A DNA stretch of 64,000 nucleotides from Epithemia pelagica. Lineage: Eukaryota; Protista; Bacillariophyta. Where the stretch lies: the NCBI GenBank assembly GCA_946965045.2, contig OX337230.1, forward strand, positions 2,418,001 to 2,482,000, read 5' to 3'. Below, one piece after another: positions 11,113-22,200 of the stretch. A program made the position numbers and the translations under genes. Position 1 is the stretch's first letter, and each line of letters starts with the position of its first letter. The notes under the pieces were generated by a model. That model searched no databases, was not told where the DNA came from, and was given only the letters and a program-made list of their open reading frames with translations.

Positions 11113-12672
11113 ATGGTCGCAAGAGTAAACGCTGACAATTGCACATCAAACAAAAGCAGCGATGAACAGGAGGCGACGCAATTGAACTCCATCGACGAAA
11201 CTGGAAAATCAGGTGACGGTTCTCAACAAGCAGGACAAGACGAGGAGGTAAAAGAAGAGACTGGTTGTTCCGTCAAACCAATTTCGTCTCAAGAAAACAC
11301 GGATTGCGATTCGTCTACGTATCAAGAGAACGAGGGGACAAGCCCGGGGTTAGAGGAAGAGAGTGCCCCTCTGCTAGACTCATGCTGCAGCACTCGGACT
11401 GAAAGCTCTTGTGATCCAATCAAGGATTCCAGTGAACCGACCCCAGACACTCCAAATGACAAGAAATCCATGCAACAATCAGAATCGTTTGGGGAACAAG
11501 TCGATGTGGGCGTACAGGAACCTCCCGTTGGTGGTGTCGAACAAATTTTTTCCAACTTTGAAGTACATGAAGAAATTGTCTTTGAAGAGCCAAGGACGAT
11601 TTCGGTTTCGGAAAGGATTTTGTCGTTTTTTCGTGATGGTACGCGTCGCAAAGCAAGTTCCTCCGACATTGAGGCATGGATCAAGCTGTCCTTGACCTTG
11701 GATGGACGTGACAAACTCACCAAGGTGCTGCAATATGTGGCGAGGTTTCTCGCGTGGTCACTGCAGGGAACATTCAAGAACCAAGCCAAACGATTGGACG
11801 CCTTAAAATCGTCCTTAAGTAACGGGCGCAAAGCGTTCCGCCTGGGACGAACCTTGATGGAAGTACAGACACTTCGAACCATGGGATTACTGGAACGCTT
11901 GCGCATGCACTGGAAACAAATATCCTTGGAATCGGACATGGATTGGACTAGCAATGGCAATACAAGCTCGTGTAGGCAACAATCACCACTTCTACGAAAT
12001 CATGGCACAAGCAGAAGCTCTCTCATGCGACGATTATCCACCAATATTGGCTTGGACTACGAGAGCAACTTGGACCTCGTGAGAAAGGTCTTGCGTCAGC
12101 AATCATTTGTAATTGAACAAATTCGACGAATGCCATCTCGTATTTATGAAATGTCGTTTCTGGAACAAGACGACACGTCCCTCCCGCTGTGGCAAATGTG
12201 CTTGGCGGCGGTGAAACTGGTTTCAATGTCCTGTTACTACCTTGGAGACAATTTCTCGTTTCTATCCGCATCGGGTGTGCTGGATGACTTTTCAGCCAAA
12301 CAAGAAAAGCGGATATCAAAACGGAGAGAATTGACCAACTGGGCGAGCATTGTTGCCAACAGGGCTGATTTTGTTTCTGGTGTCGTTGGATTGATTCTTA
12401 GTTGGAGAACATATCGAGAATTTTGTCAAGAAGAACAAGACATGAACGAGGATGACGAGGCCGCACAGCAACGACGGAGAGAAAAACACTTTGGACTTGT
12501 GTTGTCTTTGATCAAGAATTCGTGCGACCTTTTAACGTTCACGAACCATGCGGGTGTAGATATCTGGAGACAAAGTGTCGGCTTTCCTCTAAATGAAGGC
12601 ATTTACTGTATAGCTGGCTTTGCCTCCGCATTGTCTGTCCTCTGCGCCAAATTTCCAATGCATGAGGGATAA
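11113..12672 (+). CDS. PEX11: Peroxisomal biogenesis factor 11 family protein with a long acidic N-terminal extension (519 aa)
   Basis: PEX11 signature LSLTLDGRDKLTKVLQYVARF...SSLSNGRKAFRLG and C-terminal LIKNSCDLL...GFASAL segment. Confidence 0.8.
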   Translation: MVARVNADNCTSNKSSDEQEATQLNSIDETGKSGDGSQQAGQDEEVKEETGCSVKPISSQENTDCDSSTYQENEGTSPGLEEESAPLLDSCCSTRTESSCDPIKDSSEPTPDTPNDKKSMQQSESFGEQVDVGVQEPPVGGVEQIFSNFEVHEEIVFEEPRTISVSERILSFFRDGTRRKASSSDIEAWIKLSLTLDGRDKLTKVLQYVARFLAWSLQGTFKNQAKRLDALKSSLSNGRKAFRLGRTLMEVQTLRTMGLLERLRMHWKQISLESDMDWTSNGNTSSCRQQSPLLRNHGTSRSSLMRRLSTNIGLDYESNLDLVRKVLRQQSFVIEQIRRMPSRIYEMSFLEQDDTSLPLWQMCLAAVKLVSMSCYYLGDNFSFLSASGVLDDFSAKQEKRISKRRELTNWASIVANRADFVSGVVGLILSWRTYREFCQEEQDMNEDDEAAQQRRREKHFGLVLSLIKNSCDLLTFTNHAGVDIWRQSVGFPLNEGIYCIAGFASALSVLCAKFPMHEG

Positions 12673-13275
12673 ATCATTTTTTCTCCTTGGCGTCGCCCAA
12701 GGAATCTGAACGCCAACATCAACTGACAGTGTATCTCCCACTTTACGTGCGAACTTGTGGTCACTAGGACTTAAACTACCATTATGTCCGACTAGGGTGA
12801 AACTGCCATTTTCATTTTTATAGCACACTATGTTGTTTGTGACACAATCCATTTTATCTGCTACATGTCGAAGTTGTAGATATCCGTTTATATCTTATCT
12901 ACTCCTGGTTATAGGACAAAGACTTGCCCACTCTTCCACACGCGAAGAACAGGCATTCCGGAATTACTGTCCGTAAGTACTGCAATGGGGGTCGTCCTCA
13001 GCCGCACTGCTCACCGTGTCGGATGCACCAATAACGAGCGTCACATCCGTGCCATCAAAGGCGGGATTGATCTCTTCCATTTCAAAATCCGGAACACCGG
13101 CTTCGGCTAGCAGGACATTCAATTGTCCGGGCGTGCGTCCTGCCACTGGATGAATTCCAAATCGGACCTTCTTTCCCGCTGCTTTCAGGTCCTTTGCAAT
13201 GTCTGCAATGGCAAACTGTGCTTGAGCTACAGCCAGTCCATAATCACCACTCTTCGCGTCGAGGAGTGCTTGCGT
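12479..13275. repeat. Segment B: inverted duplicate of 39411-40260 (PEX11 3' end + intergenic + NNT 3' end)
   Basis: The reverse complement aligns to 39411-40260, e.g. ACGCAAGCACTCCTCGACGC, GGAGTAGATA, GTGGTCACTAGGACTTAAACTACCATTATGTCCGA and GAGAAAAACACTTTGGACTTGTGTTGTC, with substitutions and deletions. Confidence 0.92.
12913..13275 (-). pseudogene. NNT: NAD(P) transhydrogenase domain III fragment (truncated, with deletions)
   Basis: [40 protein letters not shown](T)[41 protein letters not shown]. It has internal deletions relative to the intact copy, and the last CDS segment is missing. Confidence 0.93.
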
Positions 13276-15217
13276 CTTGGCCATTCCATGAGCTTGTACC
13301 AGAGCTACCAACAGAGGTCCCTGGTGTTCCGGTGTCGTCCGGGACTCTGGAGTCGCCGACAAGAGGGATGGAATATACAAAAACGCATACAGGCACGTAT
13401 TCCTATATCAGAGTCTGTGGGGTTCGTTCTGTGTGGCCCGACATTTACAATACATACTTGCAATTGGGGTTGTGGTTTTGACTGCCACACACGTACGACA
13501 AGAACAACAAACTGGAACACAGACAACCTGTTCTGGGTCAGTATCGGGGACAAGGTTTTCCTCGTACACTTGTTCCAACGAAACGTTGGGTGTTTCCGAG
13601 GCATTCGTCGCCGCCACAAACAGAGCCTCGACTTTCTTGGCAATCGATTCTTCCGACACGGATAATTCCTCCTAGTTTGACTTGAATGGGAAGAAGGAGT
13701 GTTGGTTGTGATTCCATCAACGGCGAGTCGACGCTTGACTCAAACGCTTGGGGCCCGAACGAGGGTCGACCAGGTCACTGCATCTCCGGCTGGAATGGCA
13801 TCCACCACAATCCAACTGCCCACCAGTGTCAAGGTGGCCAACAATCAAACACACTCTGGCGATGAGGAGGATGACCCGAGTGTCACTCCGAGGCAGGTCG
13901 AGGTGGACCTGCAGCCACTTGTCGGACGACGATTCGGAATCCAGCCACGAGAACGACGGTGTCCCAGGACTCGTAATGACCGACAGGACTCCTCTGTCAA
14001 AGGTGATGGAGTCGGACAGGGCATTGACTCCAAGGCTTTTGGAGGCATCCATCCAGGGAGTTCTGCTAGCACTCGGTTTGGCTTGGGTTGTCACGACGAG
14101 ACATGATCCAACCAAGGGAACAGCATGGCCAGCAACAAGTTCCAATGCCGTCTTTGCATCTTGTGAATTGACTCTGTTTACTTCTTTTTTCCTCTTGTGT
14201 GAATGTATTGTCGGACTTTACCGTTACGACATCTGCTGTCTGATCCAACAAGCAGGCTGTTGCCAATCGGTGGGGAGTGGGGATGATGACATCAAAAGTC
14301 AAGAAAGGACAAAAATGATCGTTGCGAAGATGAAGATCCAAAGGTCGCGCCGACATTTGGGCGCGTTGTGGGAAAGTTGGCACGGAGTATTGTAGTCCCG
14401 TATCCCCGAGTCCCGAATTCGCTCCATTGCATCCGTAGGAGCGGGTAGATTCCGTAGGTGCTCCTAGTCGTATCGCAAGCAACGGGCAGGATGAGATGAG
14501 AGATCTGATGATGAAAGCACCCATTCTGATGAACGGTGGTTCCGATTGACAAAGGTAGATAATATTATGCTTGCTTCTTCCGAGGGCAGCAACCTTTTCC
14601 GTTGCTCGGTTTCGTACCTCCCACTCTGGAACTCAACTTTCTCGAGTGTGAGCTAAAAGGTTACCTGCATACTACTGCATACGTCCACATCTAGGTCTAG
14701 GTAGTAGTAGCCCTCGTGTGATGTTGGTAGGAGTAGTTGGTAGGAGTAGGAGTAGTTGGTTTGGTAGGCAGGTAGTTTCATGGTGAGAAAGGAGTCAACA
14801 TGGGGGTTCAAAATTTGAGGGGTTTGTCCCATTCGTTTGCGCTATGGCCGAGGGCCGAGCACCACACGGAAACGGAAGGGCGGCAACCATCACAACACGG
14901 TTTTTGCCTCTCCTCTTTCGATCGATCCGTCTTCTCTCCTCCGAAGGCAGTCTCTCGTGTTGCAGGGTCGCTCCAAAGCCTTCTGCAAACGGCACAGCAA
15001 GAAGTAGAAGTCTTTTGAAAGTACTAGAGGTTTGAATACGTGCAGTTCCAATACAATACTTGTGTTATATATAGATAAATAGATAGTTTTTGCCACCTCT
15101 TTGGAGTCAACCATACAGCAGGCCAATCTATGATCGACTTGCATATGACTAAAGGAGGATCGTCCTAATTGTGCAAACATAAAGAAGGCATCAGCCATTC
15201 ATTGGTTCTTGAGATCA

Positions 15218-16856
15218 TCACGACTCCGTCGGCACCAGCGTCCCAAACTTCACTTCCAACTTTGATCCCTCATTTTTGCCGTATACATCTTCGTCTTGAG
15301 TCAGAGGTTCACACAAACGCAAAGTGGCAGTCACTTCCGTTGCAGCGTTCGAATCTTTAATCTTGTCGTTGTCGAGGGGAAAATACAAAATCGACAATCC
15401 CCCGGGAGTTGCCTGGGCGCAGAGAACATCGGCCAAAGTCTCCACTGAACCTTCCATGCCGTATTTGACCTGGAGATTGGACACTACGACTCTGGCAGTT
15501 CCTTCGTTCTTCAAAAGCAGCGTGAGTCCGTTCCATAGGGAAGCGTCGGGATTGGTGCACTCGTCTCGGCCTCCATCCATTTGAAAGGAAGTCTTGGGGC
15601 AGGTGGCACAAGATCGTGTACCTTGAAGGTCCGTAGTCAGTGTATCATCCGTGCGTCCATTGTAACTGAGGGTGAAGGGCATGTCCGTCTGGAAGGTGTA
15701 TTTTACTTGACTGAGCCCACCATCCTGACAGCCGCCCCCACCAAGATCTGTTGGTCCCACAAACTGTTCTTGACCCACAGAAGCATCCCGGAATTCTTTG
15801 TATCTTGTGCCTGCTGAATTGGTAAAATCTAGAGGTGTGGACAACACAAAGAATGACGGACAGTCTGGAACTTCATCGTGCTTGCGGCGGATGACATTAC
15901 TGATAGAGCTTGTACCTCCTTGGGATGATGGTGTGCTGGGTTGGTACGGAAGAGTGGATACATGTCCACCCAATACAGAATGGGTACCTGCGGTAGTTCC
16001 CATGGTAGTTCCCATGGTAGTTCCCATGACAGTAACTTCTCCTTTTCGGTTTCCACGCCGTCCACCACGTGCCCTCTTCTTCTTCAAACTCGTAGAGGCG
16101 CCGGCATCCAATTTCTTGTCTTGCTTCTTCTGTTCTAAAAGGCGGTTCTGACGTCGTGCTCGCGTCCGCTTCTTTTGATGTGCATGTCAGTTCCTCAGTT
16201 GTCCCGGTGAACCCATCTGCGGGAAAGCAAACACTGCCCCCTCCCTTGCCCTTACCCTTACCCGAGACCATTATGTCCTCTTCTGGACGTCCAATGCCCG
16301 TCGCAAAGGCCAAGACGCAGAGTTGATCAGTAAAGGGGTTGAATCCGTCTTCATCAGCAAAATATGTGTCCAAGTTCACGCTTTCGGTTTCCCCATCGAG
16401 GCAAAAGCCCTCAGGCGTGTAGTCCAACTGCTTGAAAGGATCCATGGTTGGATCTAGCACTTTTCCGCCTTCTTTTTCAAGAAAGGCCAATGCGCATTCG
16501 GCGTCGTTGCCCTTGGACGATTTGGCAAGCAAATAGAATACTGTATCCAAACAGTAGCCAGGTTGCGAAGAGACAGTAAGTTCCAGTTCGTTGGTGTCAA
16601 GGATGAGTTCACCTTTGATCATGCCAATCGTTTTCCCCGGCGAGTTTCCTTCCTCCAGGCCAACGATAGGGACGTCGACTGGTCCAGGCGAACCCGCCAG
16701 ATCTATGGCGTTCGGTGATTCGAACTTGCATTCGGTAGCAGCAGAGCAAGGATCAGGATCGACTGCCTTCACCACAAAGCCTCCGGTGGAAAAAAGAACC
16801 CACAAGGACCCACAAAGAAGGGCACATCGACGTGCAACAAATGAGAAAAACATCAT
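15218..16856 (-). CDS. Secreted protein with two Cys-containing domains and a Lys/Arg/Gly-rich linker; one apparent frameshift (about 545 aa if corrected)
   Basis: Signal peptide MMFFSFVARRCALLCGSLWVLFSTGGFVVKA. ORFs 15897-16874 and 15218-16111 fuse if one T is removed from the T4 run at 16173-16176, giving TSKKRTRARRQNRLLEQKK. Also contains SGKGKGKG and MGTT repeats. Confidence 0.65.
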
Positions 16857-17294
16857 TCTGACAAATTTAGACAATCACAAAGATCTTCTTGACAGCAAAC
16901 GAGGATGACCAGTCCCGAAGATCGTTCTCGCAATTCAGAATGGGAATGAGGAGTTCCGCGTTCTTTCCCTCTTTTGGAGAAAATATGAGAGGACAAAGAG
17001 TGAAAAGGGGCTGGCTGATGGAGACAAGCCCGACCATCAATCCCATTGCACTCGCTAAAAGGCGAAGCGATAGGGATAAGCCCAACCACTCGACCAATAG
17101 CCCCTTTTCAATGAGGTTGGGTGAATGGTGAATGTGGAGGGGCGAAATTTTGCTTTTATTCGTGCAGGTTTCTACGAGAACAAGTACCTGCAATCTACGA
17201 ACACAGATCTGAAACTGGAACCATCGATCATGATCATCCTGGATACTCGCCCTATGAATTTGGCGACAAGAGACAAGATACCTTTCTAATTTCT

Positions 17295-18078
17295 TGTTAG
17301 AATTCTCACCGTCGATGGTGGTTAGATTCTACATCTCATCGATTCCCCATGTCACATAGCCTCGTGCTATCGCATCATGCCATCTAGCTTCGAGCTATGT
17401 TCCCTAGCTTCGTGCTATATCGACCTATATTTCTTCGCAAATCATGAAAAGTGAGAAAAGATTGACGAACTCACTCTCAAGACTAAACTGGGTCGTGCGG
17501 TATTACAACGGACGTAAATTTGGCCGTTGCTCGGACATTATACTTACGCCCTAAGCGTACGCGCCCGAAATCATCGAGCGCACCCAAGCGACATCCGAGC
17601 GCTGTTGGCATCTATCCGACCCAACGGTCTAAGTATCCCAAGCACAACACACGATCACGCGAGACCATATTTCCATTCCCACAATCTCCAAATTGTCAAC
17701 AAGCTGCGCGCCATGAAAACAACTATGCCAACCCAAAGCAAGAGCTGTTGACCCTGTATATGTTATCCGTCCACATATACATGTCATATACATCACATGA
17801 ATCGACTCCAACTATTCCAAACCTGTTGCCGCCAAGACCCTATGACACATGACCCTTGGCAGGACCGAACATTTCACGTAGACCTATCGTAGTAATCAAC
17901 ACACAATCTAACAATATCACCATTTATCACATCCTCTTTTGTGTCCTGACTATCCTTTTGATAGACTACGACTTGCTTTCCTCTCTTACCCGTGGAGAGG
18001 TTTGTATCGGTTGGTGACTACCTGATTGTCTGCTCTAACGAGCATTGATGTCCCTACGATTCAGAAAGAATTGTAACA
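17295..18078 (+). repeat. 5' LTR of copia-1
   Basis: TGTTAGAATTCTCACC...AGAATTGTAACA. About 6 substitutions versus the 3' LTR, counted by eye. Confidence 0.97.
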
Positions 18079-18114
18079 GCTTAACAGTCTCAGAGCTTAT
18101 TTCCTTGTGGTTTC

Positions 18115-18905
18115 ATGGATACTAACGAGCTTATCACTCCTGTACGACAGATCTATCGAGCCAACCTGTATCCGGGCAGCCCGATACCCTGGTGCAGCAG
18201 GAACTGGTGCCGACGCCGAAGGCAGCCAACACATCGGTCAACATCTTCGTCGACAGTTCCAACAGCAACCCATTCGAGACTCCAACCCAGCCTCACGCTC
18301 CGATCCCTGCGCCGTTGCTTCGGCCCCCGAGTCCGCCTCGTCGGCTCGTCCCTTCTCGATCCCGTCGTACCACCCGGTTGATTGCTGATCATATCAAGTA
18401 CTTCCGTCAACCAACTTCTTCGACCTTTGATCCCGAGATCATCTGTGGGGAGACCCAGATCGAACGCCAGTTCCAATCGGTGACCCACATCGTCGACCAA
18501 GAAGACATTGACCGTCTGAACGACCAACTTCATCATTCTCCGAGGCATCGCCTCATCTTGGCCGCCCTCTCGGGCAACCCCATCCGTACTGTCCACCTCC
18601 GCTTCCTAACCTTCGAGCGCCCAACTGGATACTACAATACCATCTACGTCGTGAACACGACGACTTGCCCTCTGCCTCCTAACGTTGTACGCCTAGATAA
18701 CTACGTTGCCTACATCCACGAGGTCCATACCATCGAGGACCATCGTGCAACTATCTTCCCTTTGCGTGCAGAGGCCGAGAACCACTTGGCTGAAGGTGAT
18801 ACCCCTTCTTCTGTTGCTTGTGCTGCCCCATCTGAGCCTAGAAACGACTCTGATTATTCGGAAGAGAGTGGAGATTCGGAAACCGAAGCTTACTCTCATA
18901 GTTAA
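18115..18905 (+). CDS. Extra ORF (ORF0) upstream of gag in copia-1, split by one frameshift
   Basis: The ATG-18115 frame (MDTNELITPVRQIYRANLYP) and the 237-codon open frame 18192-18905 would fuse into about 263 aa if one base were added. Pro-rich segment, globular core (LIADHIKYFRQ...RFLTFERPTGYYNTIYVV) and acidic tail. Confidence 0.5.
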
Positions 18906-19211
18906 CTCCCGTCCTCTCAAAACCTTTCCAAGACTTAAACTCAACGCACATCCGGGTGCCCTTGGTCGCACAACACGCAACACATTCCCGTCAAATCGCG
19001 AAAATTCGGCAAAAATTTGTTGAAACTCGGCGAAAATTTGTCGGAATCAACGGAAATTTCCAGGAGTCGCACATCACAACACACATCCGGGTATCACATA
19101 AGTGGTACATACGTGGCACACGTGGTACATCCGGGTTCACATCACATCACACATTAAATAAACCACATCACACCGCACATTAAATAAACATCGAACCAAC
19201 CAAATAACACC

Positions 19212-22200
19212 ATGGATCCTCAATCACCCAAGACACCTACGACTCCTAAGGGAGAAGATAACCAAGACAATGTCTCGAACACAGACCTATTCGACCACAT
19301 CATATTTACTGTCTACCAATTCTTTACCAAGGAAAGGGCCGACTACTTAATGAAGTGGATGAAATACCATGGTTTTGAGAACATTACCCATGTTATCTTG
19401 TATATGCAAACTAATACCGAGGAATCCATGAACGAACTGACACAATACAAGGTCAACAAACAGACACATATCTACAAGGCCCCACAAGACAGCAGATCAA
19501 GCTCTTGGCTTATTGGGCCATATACAAGACCAATGAAATTCAAGACAAGCTATCCAATAGCGACTGGATGAACCTAACGAGGAAAGAGTTCAACACTTGG
19601 AGGATCAACACAGATTTCTCTAAGGGACCACCTAGCCAAGTTCCAGTCTCGCCAATGAAGTCACCGTCATCTGTGAAATCTGTCAGCACAGTTACTGCCG
19701 CATCCCAATCTCAACAAGACCTTACAGCATTCAGAAAGGGAACTAAGCGCGACGCAACTGCGTATGAGGTATTCAAGGATGAACGATACTACGATTCATT
19801 CTGGCGTGTATTCAAGACTACAGCTAAGGCTCAAGGCCTATCCAACGTTCTGAATTTCAAATACACACCACCCCATGATGATGAGTATGCCGAAGAACTT
19901 TTTCAAGAGCAACAAGTATTTCTTTACTCCGTTCTTGTCCGTATCATTCAGACTGACCAAGGTCGAGCCTATGTAGGTGAACATGAACATGATGAAGATG
20001 CGCGTGCCGTATTGCAGAAGTTACACTCTTTGCATACCGAATCCAACCTAGCAAAACGAGAAGTCCTCCGTTTAACCAACTACATTTCCAATCTACGTCT
20101 TGACGACACATGGCGAGGAACAACACGTCAATTTCTTCTACACTTTCAAGAGCAGCTACGTTTGCTAGACAATCTAGTGACATTGTCTGATCGCATCCCT
20201 GATCATACCAGGATGACCTTCCTCATGCAAGCTGTAGAAAAGGTACCTGATCTCTGCCGAGTCAAGATCTTGGATAATGTGGTGAACACCAAATCCGGTG
20301 CAAAATCCCTTTGCTATCAATCATACTTCTGTCTCCTTCTAGACGCAGCTTATGACCATGATCAAGCAACCCAGTCATCTGCTCATAGTCGCCGTAGACA
20401 TGTCAAACAACATGAATCACTATATGGCCAAGATACAGATGCTGACATAACCTCACAAGATGATATGGAGTATCATGTCCACAACACCAAAGTGACATCT
20501 GAATCTCCATCCTCTTCGTCCAAGGTTAGTCTACCGCGTGACCTATGGTTCAAACTTTCTGAAGAAGATCGCAAGTTGATCATTGAGTATAACAAGATGA
20601 TTCAAACACCTTCATCAACAACACCGAGGAAAGTGCAAACACATGCCCTCGACATTGATCCGGAACCTGATCCTGACCCCAACCAAGTTGCATCTGATGA
20701 CGACTCACCTGGCGCAGTCCCTGAGCATCCAGATGATTCAGATCCGGTTACACAATTTATCAACCAAGCCATGACGACTGATATCAATCACCCGGCAACT
20801 GACCTGACAAGTGTTCTTTCTAACGCCAAGTCCAAGACGAGCAAGAAGGTTACTTTCAAAGCCAACATGCATAAACAAGCAGGACATGTTCCACGCTATT
20901 TGTTTTCTAGGAAATCTACTTTACCAGGAAATCAATTGATTGACTGTGGTGCTAATGGAGGACTTGCTGGTTCTGACATGCGCATCCTTTCTAAGACTGG
21001 CCGCCATATCACTATTGTGGGTATTGATAACCATGAACTTACTGGACTTCCTGTCGTCACATGTGCCGCAAAGTTTGAGACCAATGATGGACCTATTGTC
21101 GGCATCTTCAATGAATATGCTTATTATGGAAAGGGCTTATCTATCCATGCTCCTGGTCAATTCGAGCATTTTGGACTTGCAGTTGATGAACGATCTGTTA
21201 AAGTTGATGGTAAACAACGCATCACTACACTTGATGGTCGTGCTATACCCCTTCACATCAAGGATGGGCTAGCCTACATCCACTCCTTGGGTATCCCCAG
21301 CGACGATGACATGAATACCTTACCTCAGATCATCTTCACGTCACCCGACACATGGGATCCTGGTGTTCTGGACCATTCGTATTCTCCCACACCCTCTGAC
21401 AATGATCCTGATTGGAAACACGTCAAGACTGATGGTAGTATGTCAAACCATCCATATGACAACTATGGGGAGTACACTGATCGTGTTGTTTGTAACCTCA
21501 ATCTCCTTTTGGATCTCCCATACGATCATGGACCTGACGACGCACCCTTCTTTACTTTCTATGCTGACGCAGAAGGTAATGATCCTACACTTCATGCCTC
21601 TGTCCACCGTCGTTACCAGGAAGCGTATGACTGGAAGAAGTTCCGTCCATTCTTTGGTTGGCAATCTGAAGATGTTATTGCCGATACGTTCAAGCACACT
21701 ACACGTAATGGTAGCATTACTTTTGACCACGACATCCTCAAGAAACATTTCAAGGCTCGCAATCCGGTCCTTAATATACCTCGACGTCATGAACCCTTTG
21801 CTACTGACTCGGTTTTCTAGAGTATCTCGACCAACAAAGATTTGTGCGACTTTACCGCCATGGTCAACAGCAGGGAGTCAACCAAACAGTTTGTCAATAC
21901 TCTTCAGGACAACATCCGGATTCGTGGTGCCATGGAGACTCTTATCAGTGATGGTGGTTCATCTCTCATCTCTCAAAAGGTCAAAGACATTCTTCGCACT
22001 TTGCTTATTGGGGAGTATCGATCCGAACCTTATCATCAACACCAGAATAAGGCTGAAAACCGTTACCAGACCGTCAAACGTATGACCAACGCTCTCATGA
22101 ATGCCACTGGTTGCCCTGCCAACACCTGGCTTCTTTGCCTTGAGTATGTCTGTGACTTATTGAACCATACATCATCACCCACCCATTCCGGTCGCACTCC

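Noticed and set aside
13400-14524. Possible minus-strand gene remnant next to the left breakpoint
   Set aside because: Several short frames look protein-like but are separated by stops, and no family could be recognised.
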